Assembly: GCA_951406725.2 (NCBI GenBank)
Contig: OX597823.1
Location: 98,518,001-98,582,000, forward strand
Length of the DNA: 64,000 bases
Direction: 5' to 3'
DNA from: Octopus vulgaris
Lineage: Eukaryota
Position numbers and translations under genes: made by a program. Position 1 is the stretch's first letter, and every line of letters begins with the position of its first letter. The notes under the pieces are model-generated. The model made no database searches. It saw only the letters and a list, made by a program, of their open reading frames with translations, and had not been told where the DNA came from. Positions 1 through 11,726 of the stretch are shown piece after piece.

Positions 1-210
1 GTTTGTAGTAAATAAGTTTTAGAGATTATTCTGAAATAATATTCTTTCTCAGAAGATTCTAGATGAAAGAAATGTAGTTAACTCTTTTTGTTACATTCTC
101 TCAGATGTTCTTTTTTAAATCATATTTCCCAACCTTAGAATATTCATCTTCTCTTTAAATGTAGAATGTTTCTCCTCTATCATCTACAATCATATTACTA
201 AACACCACAT

Positions 211-365
211 GTACAGGCATGGCTGTGTGGCTAAGAAGTTCACTTTGCAGCAACATGGATTTCAGGTTGCATGTGACATTGAGGAAGTATCTTTTATTAT
301 AGCCTGAAACTGACAATGTCATATGAGTGAAATTTGGTTGATGGAAACTATACAGAAGCTCACCA
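211..365 (+). mobile_element. Degenerate tRNA-derived CORE-type SINE, 5' part
   Basis: GGCATGGCTGTGTGGCTAAGAAG head and ...GAAATTTGGTTGATGGAAACT...AGAAGC body resemble the better preserved copies at 41668/43881 and 44114-44414. Confidence 0.5.
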
Positions 366-432
366 CACACACACATGCACATACACATTTATAATTTGGT
401 TGATTGATAGATGAAAGCTGAAAGAAGCCTGC

Positions 433-451
433 TCTCTCTCTCTCTACCTAC

Positions 452-515
<64 letters not shown>
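433..515. repeat. (CT)n-(TA)n compound microsatellite
   Basis: Read directly from the sequence. Confidence 0.95.
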
Positions 516-518
<3 letters not shown>

Positions 519-1736
519 CTCTATACATCCTTTACAACATGTAGTGAGCACTCCTTTCTTATTTGTCCAATACAAAGCAAAGTATGTGTGTGTGTTCTTG
601 TCTGTTTTTCTGGACACCGTGCAGCAGTTGTACGCAGGCATCCCTGCCATACAAACGGTGGTGTTTGTTTCTAGTGTTCTGTGGAAGCATATCTGGCCAT
701 GGAAAAATATTAGCTTGCTTGTTAATAGTTGAGCTGTTGGTAACAGAAGAAAAGTCATCCAGCCACAGAATATGCTACCTCAGCAGCTCTTCCTGCAACC
801 TAGCTGGAAAATGTGGATGTAAAAACGTTGATGACTCTGATGATGAGGGAGAATCATGAAAGTAATACTCTCTTGGGATTCTTCTATTATAATCTCAATT
901 TTCGTTATTCACAGAAAACTGATTGATTACAGCTTTTAGATATATGAAATTGTTCCTATATCTGCACTCACTCTTATTTGCTCATTCTCACACTCTTACT
1001 TCTCACTCTAAAACTTTGCTCAATCTCACACTCTCACTTACTTGTTTGCACACTCTTACTCTTGAAATTTTGCTCGTTTTTGCATTCATACTTGCTCTCT
1101 CTCACTTTCTTATTGCTCACTCTTTCATTCTCACACTCTTACTATCTCACTTACTTTCATACTCTTACTCTAACTCGCTGTGTCTGTCTGTCTGTCTCTG
1201 GTCTAACTTTGTAAAAGTTACAAAACATTTTGATAAAGTAGGAATTTCAACATAAATCATGGATCTTCAATCTAATGTGAAATTCTTTCAAAACAAGAAA
1301 AGATAAAAAAAAAAACACTTTTTCATCCAGCGTCTACCATAACCAAACATGCTTTTGTTGAATTAGGTTAGTAAAAAAAACAACAACCCAAAATCAATGA
1401 AATGTTGTTGATAAACCATTTAATACCTTTTTACAACTCTCCATACGAGTTTCTCCCTCAGGGTGAAATTTCTTTACCATCTTCATCTTGTTAATGTTTA
1501 CTTAACAATCTATTAGTGTTTCTTTTATTTATTTTCATTACAAGACAAATGATTTTTTTTCCTTTTTGCAATTTGCATTTGTTTTCTTTTTTCCCCACTG
1601 ATAAGTGGCTCTTTCATTAGAATTTTATCTTCTCTTTTACTTTTTAATTCTACATGGTTTGCAAGAATCAATGTTTTTACTATGTTTCATAACTATATAT
1701 ATATATTTTTATAGGTATCTAAGTTACTGCTTTTAT

Positions 1737-1792
<56 letters not shown>

Positions 1793-2658
1793 ATAAATGT
1801 GCTTCTAACAAGTAATATATTCATTAGAGTTTTCTAATTTGTTTCTGATGCAGACTTCACATGCATATACATGTATACATGCATTTTGCATATAATGAAG
1901 CATGCCTCATTTTTTTTATTTGTTACTTATAATAAAAGTGTTTTAATTAATGGGAATAGAAAGTAAGTGTGGAGTAGATATACTGAAATGTTGAGAGGCA
2001 TTTGTAGAGTAAGACGTTTGTAGTGGAGATAAGTTATATAATCTATGGAATATCGTAAAATACAATGTTTTATGTGAAAATAAATACAGAAGGAGGAAGG
2101 AATCTGCACCCAGCTCAGACTAATTTTGAAATGTTAAGAAGTGATATTCTGAAAATGTTACCCTAGATTATCACTAGCCAATGAAAATAGTTCTATACAG
2201 TCACTTGACTTGCTAGAAATAACAAGGCCATCTTTCATTTGACTTGCTAGAAATAGCAAGACCATTTTTCCTGGATTCTATTGGAATCTTCTTTGTTTTG
2301 CCCTATCCTCTACACCCTCCCCCCCTTGCACTCATTTCTTCTTCCATCTTTAGATGTGCCATTCTCAATTCTGCCCTTTCTCTACTTTATTAAATGTTCA
2401 TTTCCATCTCTTCTCCCACTAAGTCACCTTCAGTTTTCTTCACTACATAACCCAGTCATTTTATCCTATTTCTCTTCTCAAATATCCTGCTAGAAATAGC
2501 TGCTAAATGTCCCTCAAATTACACACTTCTGTTTTAAAAAGAAACGTACATAGTTGATAATGTAGTCCTAGATATACTGTCTCTGAACAGTAAAGAAAAG
2601 ATGGTTATGCCTGGGCTAAAAATAACTAGTATTAAATGCACCCATTCTTACATTCTTC

Positions 2659-2807
2659 AGAGTGGCTGGTGTTAGGAAGGGCATCCAGCTGTAGAAACTA
2701 TCAGATCAAGATTGGAGCCTGGTGCAGCCATCTGGTTCACCAACCCTCAGTCAACCCATGCTAGCATGGAAAGCGGACGTTAAACGATGATGATGATGAT
2801 AATGATG
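2659..2807 (+). mobile_element. 5'-truncated RTE-type LINE 3' end with (GAT)n tail
   Basis: TTAGGAAGGGCATCCAGCTGTAGAAAC...CCCATGCTAGCATGGAAAGCGGACGTTAAAC(GAT)n, the same as the 3' UTR that follows RTE coding sequence at 21400-21862. 12-bp TSD CTTACATTCTTC at 2647-2658 and 2808-2819. Confidence 0.8.
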
Positions 2808-3496
2808 CTTACATTCTTCCTTTAAACTCTGAAGAATCTTCTGTCGAATGATGCAACCAATTGCAGAAGTGGGTGAGGGATGGTGAAAAATCCTTTATAG
2901 TATTGACTTATAATCCTTTATCTTCAGTGTTCAAATCCTGCCAATGTCATCTTTCATAATTCTAAGGAATAATAAAATAGGCATGATTTAATTACTAAGG
3001 TATTGATTGTTTCCCTGCTTAGTTTGTGGCTTTGTGCTTATGCTAAAAATCATTATTATTGTTATTAGGACTAAGATATCAAGTTACATTTCCAAGAGTT
3101 TTATGGTTTTAACAACTGTCTTCAGTTTTTTAATAACTGTACTATCAGTCTTGCACACATTTCTTGTGTAGTTTTCAAAGGGAAAAATATGTTATATTTT
3201 ACTGCTATAAAAGTCACAGTATGTATGTGTCTAGATTGCTTGCCATTGCTATTTGTCCTGCAACCATTGTAGTTATTTCATGCATGCTGTGCATAGAGAG
3301 TACTTGCAATCTGGTTTACCAATAAACAAGAAAATAAAATATGTCAGTAGGAAACTGATCCAGTGTCAATTTGTTAGCAAGGATTGTTAAATGTTTTTCG
3401 GTTCCATCTTTTCTGGTCTGTTGCCAATCAAATTTAGTGTTATGTAATTTAAGCTACAAGAACAATATAAATCATAATAAATTATTTGTTGCTCCT

Positions 3497-3656
3497 CTTC
3501 TTCTTCTTCTTCTTCTTCTTCTTCTTCTTCTTCTTCTTCTTCTTCTTCTTCTTCTTCTTCTTCTTCTTCTTCTTCTTCTTCTTCTTCTTCTTCTTCTTCT
3601 TCTTCTTCTTCTTCTTCTTCTCCTCCTCCTCCTCCTCCTCCTCCTCCTCCTCCTCC
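3497..3656. repeat. (CTT)n then (CCT)n trinucleotide microsatellite
   Basis: Read directly; it explains the poly-L, poly-E and poly-F ORFs. Confidence 0.97.
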
Positions 3657-6274
3657 CTCTCCTTTTTTAGAGCACTGCAGTAAAATACCTTGAAGCACTT
3701 ATTGCTTTATTCTGTGTTCAAATCCTGACGAGGTCAACTTCACATTCTTTTTCAGTCAATAAAATAAAGTACCAACCAAGTCCTGGGATTGATGTAATAG
3801 CTCCTCCCGCCTCAAAATTACTAACATTGTGTGTACTCAGGGTTATTATATTCTGAGTTCAAATCATGCCAAGGCCAGCTTTGCCTTTTATCCTTCTGTT
3901 AATGTAGAGCATCAATGGAATTGACCAACCTCTTCTTGTTTGGACTGCTTGCTTTGAGCCTAAATAACAAATAGCAATTATTAGTTACAGTATTGGCATA
4001 ATCATCAGAGTACTGGGAAAAACTGCCTTGTGTTGTTTCTTTTGGCTCTTTATTACTGATATGTCTTTCCTCTGTCTGATGTTCATAAACTTAAGTACCT
4101 GTTAATTAATTAACCCTTCCCTCCAGTTTTTAGGCTCTGTACCAATACTGAAGAAATTATTATTATCACTATGACTTAATGGTCCTTATTAGGACTGTCA
4201 TGTTAAGTTGATAATATACAACCACTCTATCGTTCCACCACCACTCATATCTCTCTGAGATATTTAGAAATTTAATATTTCTAATTTTGGTGATCAGAGA
4301 ATAAACTTCACTGAAAATATATATATATATATATATATATGTTTACAAAGCCTAGACAGGTATCTTCAGCTAGCAGGCCATGCTACTCCAGACTGACGAC
4401 GAGCAAGACTCTGGATGCAGGCCTAGCTGTTGGGGGTGCTTGTCTCCCCCTTGTAAACATAAAGACATAGGAAATGTGTCAAGGCCGACATTGATGTTTC
4501 CTAGGGTTAAATAGCAGTGGTGTAATTCCCTCTATGGGAAGTCAACGTTAAGTTGACAGTATACAACCGTTCAACTTAATGGTCCTTATTGGGATAACAG
4601 GATATATTTTTAAATAGTACAGTGGCATATTAGTAGTAATACAAAACAATTTTAATTGACTATAATTACTCCCTTAAAGAGGTGAACAAATCATTATCAA
4701 AATGGCTAATTGTGAATTATTTTTAAATAGTTATTCTATGTGTTTTATAACTTCATTTTTGTATCAGCTTGCAGTTAACTAAAGAGATGATGGGGTGTTC
4801 TATTCTATTTTAAATTGTTTTTTATTTGAACTTGTTAATTTAATTAAGGGTACTTATTTGTGCTTAAAACTGTGCAAAAGAGAGAAAAAAATGATAACTC
4901 TTAAATTTCAATAACTGTTCAAATATTGCCAATTTCTACATTTCATTCAAGAGCATACTCAAATATTAGGAAAAACTGACATAATTTCTGCAAAAGTAAA
5001 ATAATAGATTCTTCTCATTCCTTGTCAAAACAGTGAGTGTAGTGAAAGTTGACTTAGTTTTCTTTATTAAGTATTTGACATTGTTCTGTACAATTATTGG
5101 AAGTAATATTTGTTTCCTTCTTCTCCAAATCAGCCACACATGCTAAAGTTTGGAGTTTAGTTCTGTTTCACAACTTGAAACTTCATAGCTTTCAAGTGTT
5201 GTTAAATGTAATAATTGATTTAATTTTGAGAGGTTGTTTATTGATCATGGCAAACTGGACTGGTTCACTTTGCAAAGAACCACGTGTATATTAGCTTTTC
5301 AGTACACTAAATTCATGAAATATAATGCACAAAACTGCTCCAACTCATTACAAACGTTCAAGTTTTAGCCACGAGAAAGAGGAAAACTTATAGTAATAAC
5401 AGATAAGTATGTAGTAATGATCTCAAATGACTTATTTGAGATATATCAGCCCAGTAAATAAGGTGTTAACCTATATATTAAAAAAATAAAAAAATCAAGA
5501 ATTCATATATTGTTACTGACATTGTTTTGTATACTTGTTTGGACACCTGTTCTACTTAACGATTTTGGACACCTGCTTCACTTAGTGATTCTGAACATCT
5601 GTTCTACTTAGCTGGTTGTAGCAAAAAATATATGAAGAGGGAAGAACGATATTCTAGTAGTGAACCAAGCAAATTTGTAATTAAAATGTAGTTTGGTATT
5701 TTAAAGTATTGAGACGAGATTTTCAAGTGAAATAATATGAAACTATTACCAAATACTTCTTATGAAATTTGCTGCTTGAGCTTCCCTTCATTTTGAATAG
5801 AGTCAACAATTCAGAGGGAATTAATCAAGTAATTAACTTTTACATTTATTTCTATATCAAACTGGTGTTAAAATTATGATGGGCAGTTTAATTCAAATAT
5901 GAACGCTTTAAAAGGATCGATTTTGTTTCATAGGTCTCGGAGTTGTTTGAAAATAACCTCTAAACGGAAAATTTTGATATTTACACATTGGATAATGTGG
6001 AACTAAATACATATTTAAAAATGAGTTACAACAGCTAGAATTTTTCTTAGCTGAATCAGGGCTAACTTGGGGCTATGCAACAACATTTCTACTGTTTGCT
6101 GCTGTGGTATGATTACTGGTATTTGCTGGTTCTTTTCACATCATGATTTTCTTATGTTGGACTTTTTGAATAAGGTTTTACACAGTGCAAATAAAATAAA
6201 TATCATGCATGCCATTTTATGTTTTAAAATTATTTAATTAAAAATATAATTTCCAATCTTTTCCTTTTGTGCAG

Positions 6275-7135
6275 GAAATGCTGGCAAAGCTGTAACAGAA
6301 GAAATCCGTCGAGCAATAACAAATGGAAGTGTACCACCACCTGATGAACTGGAAAGAGACAGTAGCCAGGAGAATTCACCAGTTGGAGGTTCAACACTGC
6401 ATGACACAGATGTAGAGCGTGTTGGTTTTCCTTCTGAAGCAGACAGCTTCCGACTGTCTCGCCTCATTGGGTCATATGGAGGCGGCAACCCTAGTGAAGA
6501 GAAAGAACGCGTTTGTGTTAAGAGGGTTAGTAGTCGGCCATATCGAGATTCAGACAGTGACTCAAGCTCTTCCATAGCCACCTCACCAACACTTTCTGCT
6601 GCCAAAAAATCTGGAAACATATCAACATCATCTCTGTCCACACAAGACAAAACTATTGAAGGAGACGTGGGGGTTGAACAGAATGGCCACAAAAAACTTT
6701 CTCCAGTGTCAAATTTTGCACAAGAAAAGCAACCAAGCAATAATGTGGCTGGAAGCTCATCTAATAGTAATGAAATTGAACAAAGTAGCCCCAAATTTTC
6801 ATCACCCGGCTTATCACTGCAGGTTGACTCTAAACCACGACTTTTAGATCTGGCAAAATCTAATCCATCTTCTCCAAAAAATATGTCACAATCCATTGAT
6901 GGTAGCCACTCTGCACTAACTACACAAAACATTTCTGCCTCAATTGACAGTGGTAAAATTCCAACGTCTTATCAAGCAGATGCTGGGTCAGAACAAGAAT
7001 TGTTTCCTTTAAGTCCATCTTCTGTGTCCAGGAATATACCCTCATCAGATGGGTCAGACAATGAACAGCCGATTGATTCCTATTTTGTCACGGATCTTGC
7101 ATCAAAAGATGATATCTCACAAACAAAGAAAACAG
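6275..7135 (+). CDS. Internal coding exon (861 bp, phase 1-1) of an unidentified host gene; Ser/Pro/acidic-rich, probably disordered
   Basis: Acceptor CTTTTCCTTTTGTGCAG at 6258-6274 and donor CAG|GTTAG at 7135/7136. The frame is open throughout (NAGKAVTEEIRRAITNGSVPPPDELERDSSQENSP...DDISQTKKT), GC is higher than the flanks, and the length is a multiple of 3. Confidence 0.8.
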
Positions 7136-8012
7136 GTTAGAATTTTTATTATCTTAGCTTTGCAATTTATATTTTTTAAACCTTGCTGTTTTCTGCTCTA
7201 AAACTTTCAACTCACTATTTTAATTTCATCTCCTGAATTTGCTGAAATATTTTATACTTGATAATTACAACTAAAAACATATCACGATTAATGTTTTTTA
7301 TGACTCTTTCTAACTAAAAATGAAAAGGTTTTGAGAAAAATATTAATAACTATGGAAGTAAAAAATATTTTACTAAAGACTAATTTTGAATGTCTATCAA
7401 GTATTTTAAAAGACAAATGCTAATAACTTGTAAATAAAATAGAGTTAATCTTGGAAAATTGTTTTTTGGATAATAACAGGAATAACAGTTGCAGAAAAAT
7501 TCACCGTTTTTGTTATCACCCAAGTTCAAGATAATTTACTTGAACATAATCCCACGTCTGTTCTGCTTTCCGAATTCTCCTTTAATCAGCTTTTACATTC
7601 AATGAAAAATATGTTTCTTTTGCTTATAACATATTACTTTACTTCACTATTGTCCTCTACTAACTTGCTCATTCACCTGTTTCTTTAATCCTCTTTCATT
7701 CATGTTCTTTTTTAGCATTGTTGCATGCGTTGTTAAGCAGTTTGTATACTCTGGTGTTGGAATTAACGGCCTATCTTATTCTGTAATCCAGACCAGTTTC
7801 TGATATCTAGAAGGAATGGCAAAAGAATTAGGAATTCTGTGATATAGAAAATTTGTTTGTTTTGTACAAAAACTTAAGAACACTTGATATATGTGTGTGA
7901 TGGAAGTATACAAAGTAAATATATTTATATGTGTAGGAATAGAATACCAATCATATATTACTGGTATCAAACTACAAGGTCAAGCATAGTTTCTGAGTCA
8001 TTATTTTACTGG

Positions 8013-8605
8013 GTTAAGGTGGTGAGCTGGCAGAAACGTTGGCACGCCAGGCGAAATGCTTAGCGATATTTCGTCTGCCGCTACATTCTGAGTTCAAATT
8101 CCGCCGAGGTTGACTTTGCCTATCATCCTTTCGGGGTCGATAAATTAAGTACCAGTTATGCACTGGGGTTGACATAATCGACTTAATCCGTTTGTCTGTC
8201 CTTGTTTGTCCCCTCTGTGTTTAGCCCCTTGTGAGCAGTAAAGAAATAAGAAACGTTAGCATCTGTTTTTATGTTCTGAGTTCAAATTCCGCCGAGGTTG
8301 ACTTTGCCTATCATCCTTTCGGGGTCGATAAATTAAGTACCAGTTATGCACTGGGGTTGACATAATCGACTTAATCCGTTTGTCTGTCCTTGTTTGTCCC
8401 CTCTGTGTTTAGCCCCTTGTGAGCAGTAAAGAAATAAGAAACGTTAGCATCTGTTTTTATGTTCTGAGTTCAAATTCTGCTGAGGATGACTTTGCCTTTC
8501 ATCCTTTTGGGACCGATAAATTAAGTACCAGTTGCATACTGGGGTCAATCTAATTGACTGGTCTCCTCCCCCCAAATTTCAGGCCTTGTGCCTAGAGTAG
8601 AAAAG
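8013..8605 (+). mobile_element. tRNA-derived SINE, composite form, with an internal 188-bp tandem duplication
   Basis: GGTGGTGAGCTGGCAGAAACG head, GAGTTCAAATTCC B-box, GACTTTGCCT(A/T)TCATCCTTT...GATAAATTAAGTACCAG central motif. 8086-8273 repeats at 8274-8461. 13-bp TSD ATTATTTTACTGG at 8000-8012 and 8606-8618. Confidence 0.85.
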
Positions 8606-8748
8606 ATTATTTTACTGGTTTACTGACTAGAAGAAAATTCACATCATATCTGTGTTATTGGACATAATTACATTTAAATTCACACTAACTCAAACAACCA
8701 GAAGTGAATAGGTGCCATGGGGTCATGTTATTTATTGCTTTGCTTAAT

Positions 8749-8846
8749 ATGTTGTAAGCTAATAATGATTTCTTCAACTGGACAGTTCCTCAACTGCTTA
8801 GTTGTGAAATTGTCCAGTTGAAGAAGTCTTTATTTGATTACAACAT
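8749..8846. repeat. Imperfect hairpin of about 98 nt
   Basis: ATGTTGTAA/TTACAACAT outer arms, perfect 15-bp TTCTTCAACTGGACA/TGTCCAGTTGAAGAA, inner CAACT/AGTTG. Confidence 0.75.
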
Positions 8847-8884
8847 TATGAAACTATTTTTATGCACAGAATAGCATAAATTAG

Positions 8885-9244
8885 AAGAACTGAAATAAAT
8901 TTAAATATTACAAAGCTTCATTGTGGGTGAATTAAGAATGTAAAACACATTCTTTCAAGCTATTGATGTGTAGGAGAAAAGTGAGTAGGAATCTTTTGAC
9001 AGACTGTTTCATGGTTTGTTGATTACTCCTCAGAGAACACATATCCAGCTTCCTTCTACAATTAATATCATAGTCATGCAGACTGGGTATATCTTTTCTG
9101 ATGTGTGTTCAATTAACCATGAAACTGTCAGTCAGAAGACTCCATCACTTTTTTTCCACACATTAAAAGAATAGAGCGAATGCATTTACATTTTTATTTC
9201 ATCTACAGTGAGGTTTTGTAATATCTAAATTTATTTCAGTTCTT
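8885..9244. repeat. Old degenerate foldback inverted repeat (MITE-like), about 360 bp
   Basis: AAGAACTGAAATAAATTTAAATATTACAAAGCTTCATTGT pairs with ACAGTGAGGTTTTGTAATATCTAAATTTATTTCAGTTCTT; internal GTTTCATGGTT/AACCATGAAAC. Confidence 0.7.
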
Positions 9245-9260
9245 ACAATATTGGTAAAAA

Positions 9261-9496
9261 TTACCCCTTTTGCAAATTTTCATATGGAACTAAACTGCCC
9301 CTTAACTATTGAGGCCTTGGAACAAGAATAACTATGGATATCATAGTAAATAACAACTTTAAAAAAATAATTAAATTAGCATTTAATTATTTTTTTAAAG
9401 TTGTTATTTACTATGATATCCATAGTTATTCTTGTTCCAAGGCCTCAATAGTTAAGGGGCAGTTTAGTTCCATATGAAAGTTTGCAAAAGGGGTAA
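9261..9496. repeat. Near-perfect palindrome with 116-bp arms and a 4-nt loop
   Basis: 9261-9376 is the reverse complement of 9381-9496 except for one T/G mismatch; the loop is TAGC. Confidence 0.95.
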
Positions 9497-10095
9497 AAGC
9501 AGTCTTTTTTTTTTATGATTTTCTTCATTTACCCTACTTTTGATGATGGGTGCAGTTTCAAGCATCATCGATTACTTCATGAGCTTTTATATTGATTCAG
9601 ACGACAATTAAAAATGTGTTTGAAGGATTGTTTTCACTTGACTGATGCTTTTTCAGCTATAATATTGACACACATATTTTTCCTTAATGCCGTTGCATTT
9701 TAAATCCCTCTTTCATATGTGTCCATTATATTTTTATTGGGACACTTGGTGATTAGAACAATATTGACTATGCAACTATAGCTTTGTTTTACTATAATTT
9801 GATTCAAGCTGCATGACACTTTATTTTCTTCATAAAAATATAAGTGTATGTGGAAAATTTTAATGATTCTCTCTTCTTGGTGTATTACCATCCATGTTTC
9901 CATAGATCTTTCATAGATTTTAATTCTCCAACTCCTGACTATGACCAGAAGACTGGTACCTCTAAGTTCACACTTACTGGGTTTGTTATTAATCAAATGA
10001 AGTTTCATTTTTCTTTTCAGAGTGTTGACACAATTACGTACATTGATATTTCTCTGGTCATCACTCTTTTCCACCTCTTATATACATTGTGTGTA

Positions 10096-10298
10096 GGGCG
10101 GCGAGCTGGTAGAATCATTAGCACGCTGGGAGAAATGCTGAGCGGTATTTCGTCTGCCGTTACGTTCTGAGTTCAAATTCCACCGAGGTCGACTTTACCT
10201 TTCATTCTTTCGGGGTTGATAAATTAAGTACCAGTTACACACTGGGGTCAATGTAATCGACTTAATCCATTTGTCTGTCCTTGTTTGTCCCCTCTGTG
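10096..10298 (+). mobile_element. tRNA-derived SINE (same family as 8013)
   Basis: GGCGGCGAGCTGGTAGAATCATTAGCACG...GAGTTCAAATTCC...GATAAATTAAGTACCAG. Confidence 0.85.
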
Positions 10299-10309
10299 TA
10301 TATAAATGT

Positions 10310-10485
10310 CTGTATTCGCCATGATAGATCGTTAGCCACTACACACATTTTTTTTCTCTCCTTGTTTCTCTCTTTGTTTTTAGGCTCGAATCATGTGTCC
10401 TATTCCTGAGCATTATACTAATACATCTGTTTGTTTTGGACACCACCTGTCTTTGTCTTTTGTTTTTTTTATAAACTCTCCCTAT
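10310..10485 (+). mobile_element. Solo terminal (pLTR) remnant of the PLE family at 45991-48964
   Basis: CGCCATGATAGATCGTTAGCCACTACACACATTTT...AGGCTCGAA...TTCCTGAGC...ATACTAATACA...CCACCTGTCTTTGTCTTTTG aligns with the reverse complement of 45991-46200 and ends in TATATA. The hammerhead core is deleted in this copy. Confidence 0.7.
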
Positions 10486-11726
10486 ATAATTTATATAGTA
10501 TTTTAAAGTTAGATTCATAACAGCCAATTCATGTTGTCGAATGAGTTCATGTTAAAGAACCTTCCAAGTGAGGGAAGGTAAATTAACAGTCATCAGACAC
10601 AGCTGAATGGAAGAGTATAGCTTAGACTCTTTATATGTACAATACACACACACACACACACAAAACAATGACCATGTTTAGCACTCTTTATTAATTTTTT
10701 TTGTTTGCTCTCCAAATGGTGTTCAACTCGAAAATAATGTTATCTTTAGATAGATAAATCTTAAATATACTAAATATATATAATTATGTAAATATTTCTT
10801 GTTTTACATAAATAGTTCAAAACTAAAAAAAATTTCCAAGAATTGTTTTTTTTCTTTACTTTCTTTACTTCCTTAATTTACTAATCTCAAATTAAGTATA
10901 TCTAGATAATCAAGTTTCCAACTTCACACTTACACATGCATACAAGCTATATGTTAATTATTGTTTATTCATTATTTTCTTCTATATTGGTTTGATGCAA
11001 ACATAGGTCTTATAGTGTTGCAAATCATGTTAGACTAAGAATCGTTGGAGCAAGTGCTTTTGCTCCTAGGCAGTTTTTTGAATGTTAATTATCTTGATAT
11101 TGATTAGAAGATGTATTTATTATCATTGAGTAGGTTGATGAGAGAAAATGGAATATTAATATGATTTGCCTACGATCCTGATTAAAATAACAGTGATAAG
11201 AATTAAACCCATATTTAGACAACTAATTCCTTAGCTTCACTTCAGAGACGGTTTTGTGTTTCTCTATCATATATTACAAATTATTTCTGTAAATAAAATA
11301 AACCTTTTATATCTAATTGATTTAAGTGTTTCTTCTGAGCACTTAAGAATTTCTATGTCAAACTGAACACACATTTTTTCATTGAAAGAAATGTTGTCTT
11401 TATTTCCTGATGAAATTAGGATGAGTACTATCAATTTGCATAGAGGCAAATTGGTATACATAGAAGAGCATGAGACTAAAACGCTATATTGCATTTAGTT
11501 TTGTCCTCCTACATTCTGAATTTCAGTCCCTTTAAGAGAAAATGTACAAGTAGTATATTATAAAAAGTTCTTTTGGTTTTCTTTTTTGCTAATTTAAAAT
11601 AAACAGAAATCATTTTCAATTGTGATGAGGAGAAGAGATTTTACTTCATATAAACCTCTAATGCCTGCAAAAAAGGAGTTAAGATGACATAATGTCTGTA
11701 GATAATTTCTAGCTTTTTGTTAAAAT

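Noticed and set aside
730-859. Cys-rich then acidic ORF end (CNLAGKCGCKNVDDSDDEGES) as a terminal exon or transposase tail
   Set aside because: Too short, no clear acceptor, and no supporting upstream sequence.
833-880. CTGATGA...GAAA hammerhead-like string
   Set aside because: Stem I cannot form and the first pair of stem II mismatches.
3371-3698. Poly-Leu, poly-Glu and poly-Phe ORFs
   Set aside because: Trinucleotide microsatellite artefacts.
6234-6932. 232-aa minus-strand ORF
   Set aside because: Shadow of the plus-strand exon; the splice signals support only the plus strand.
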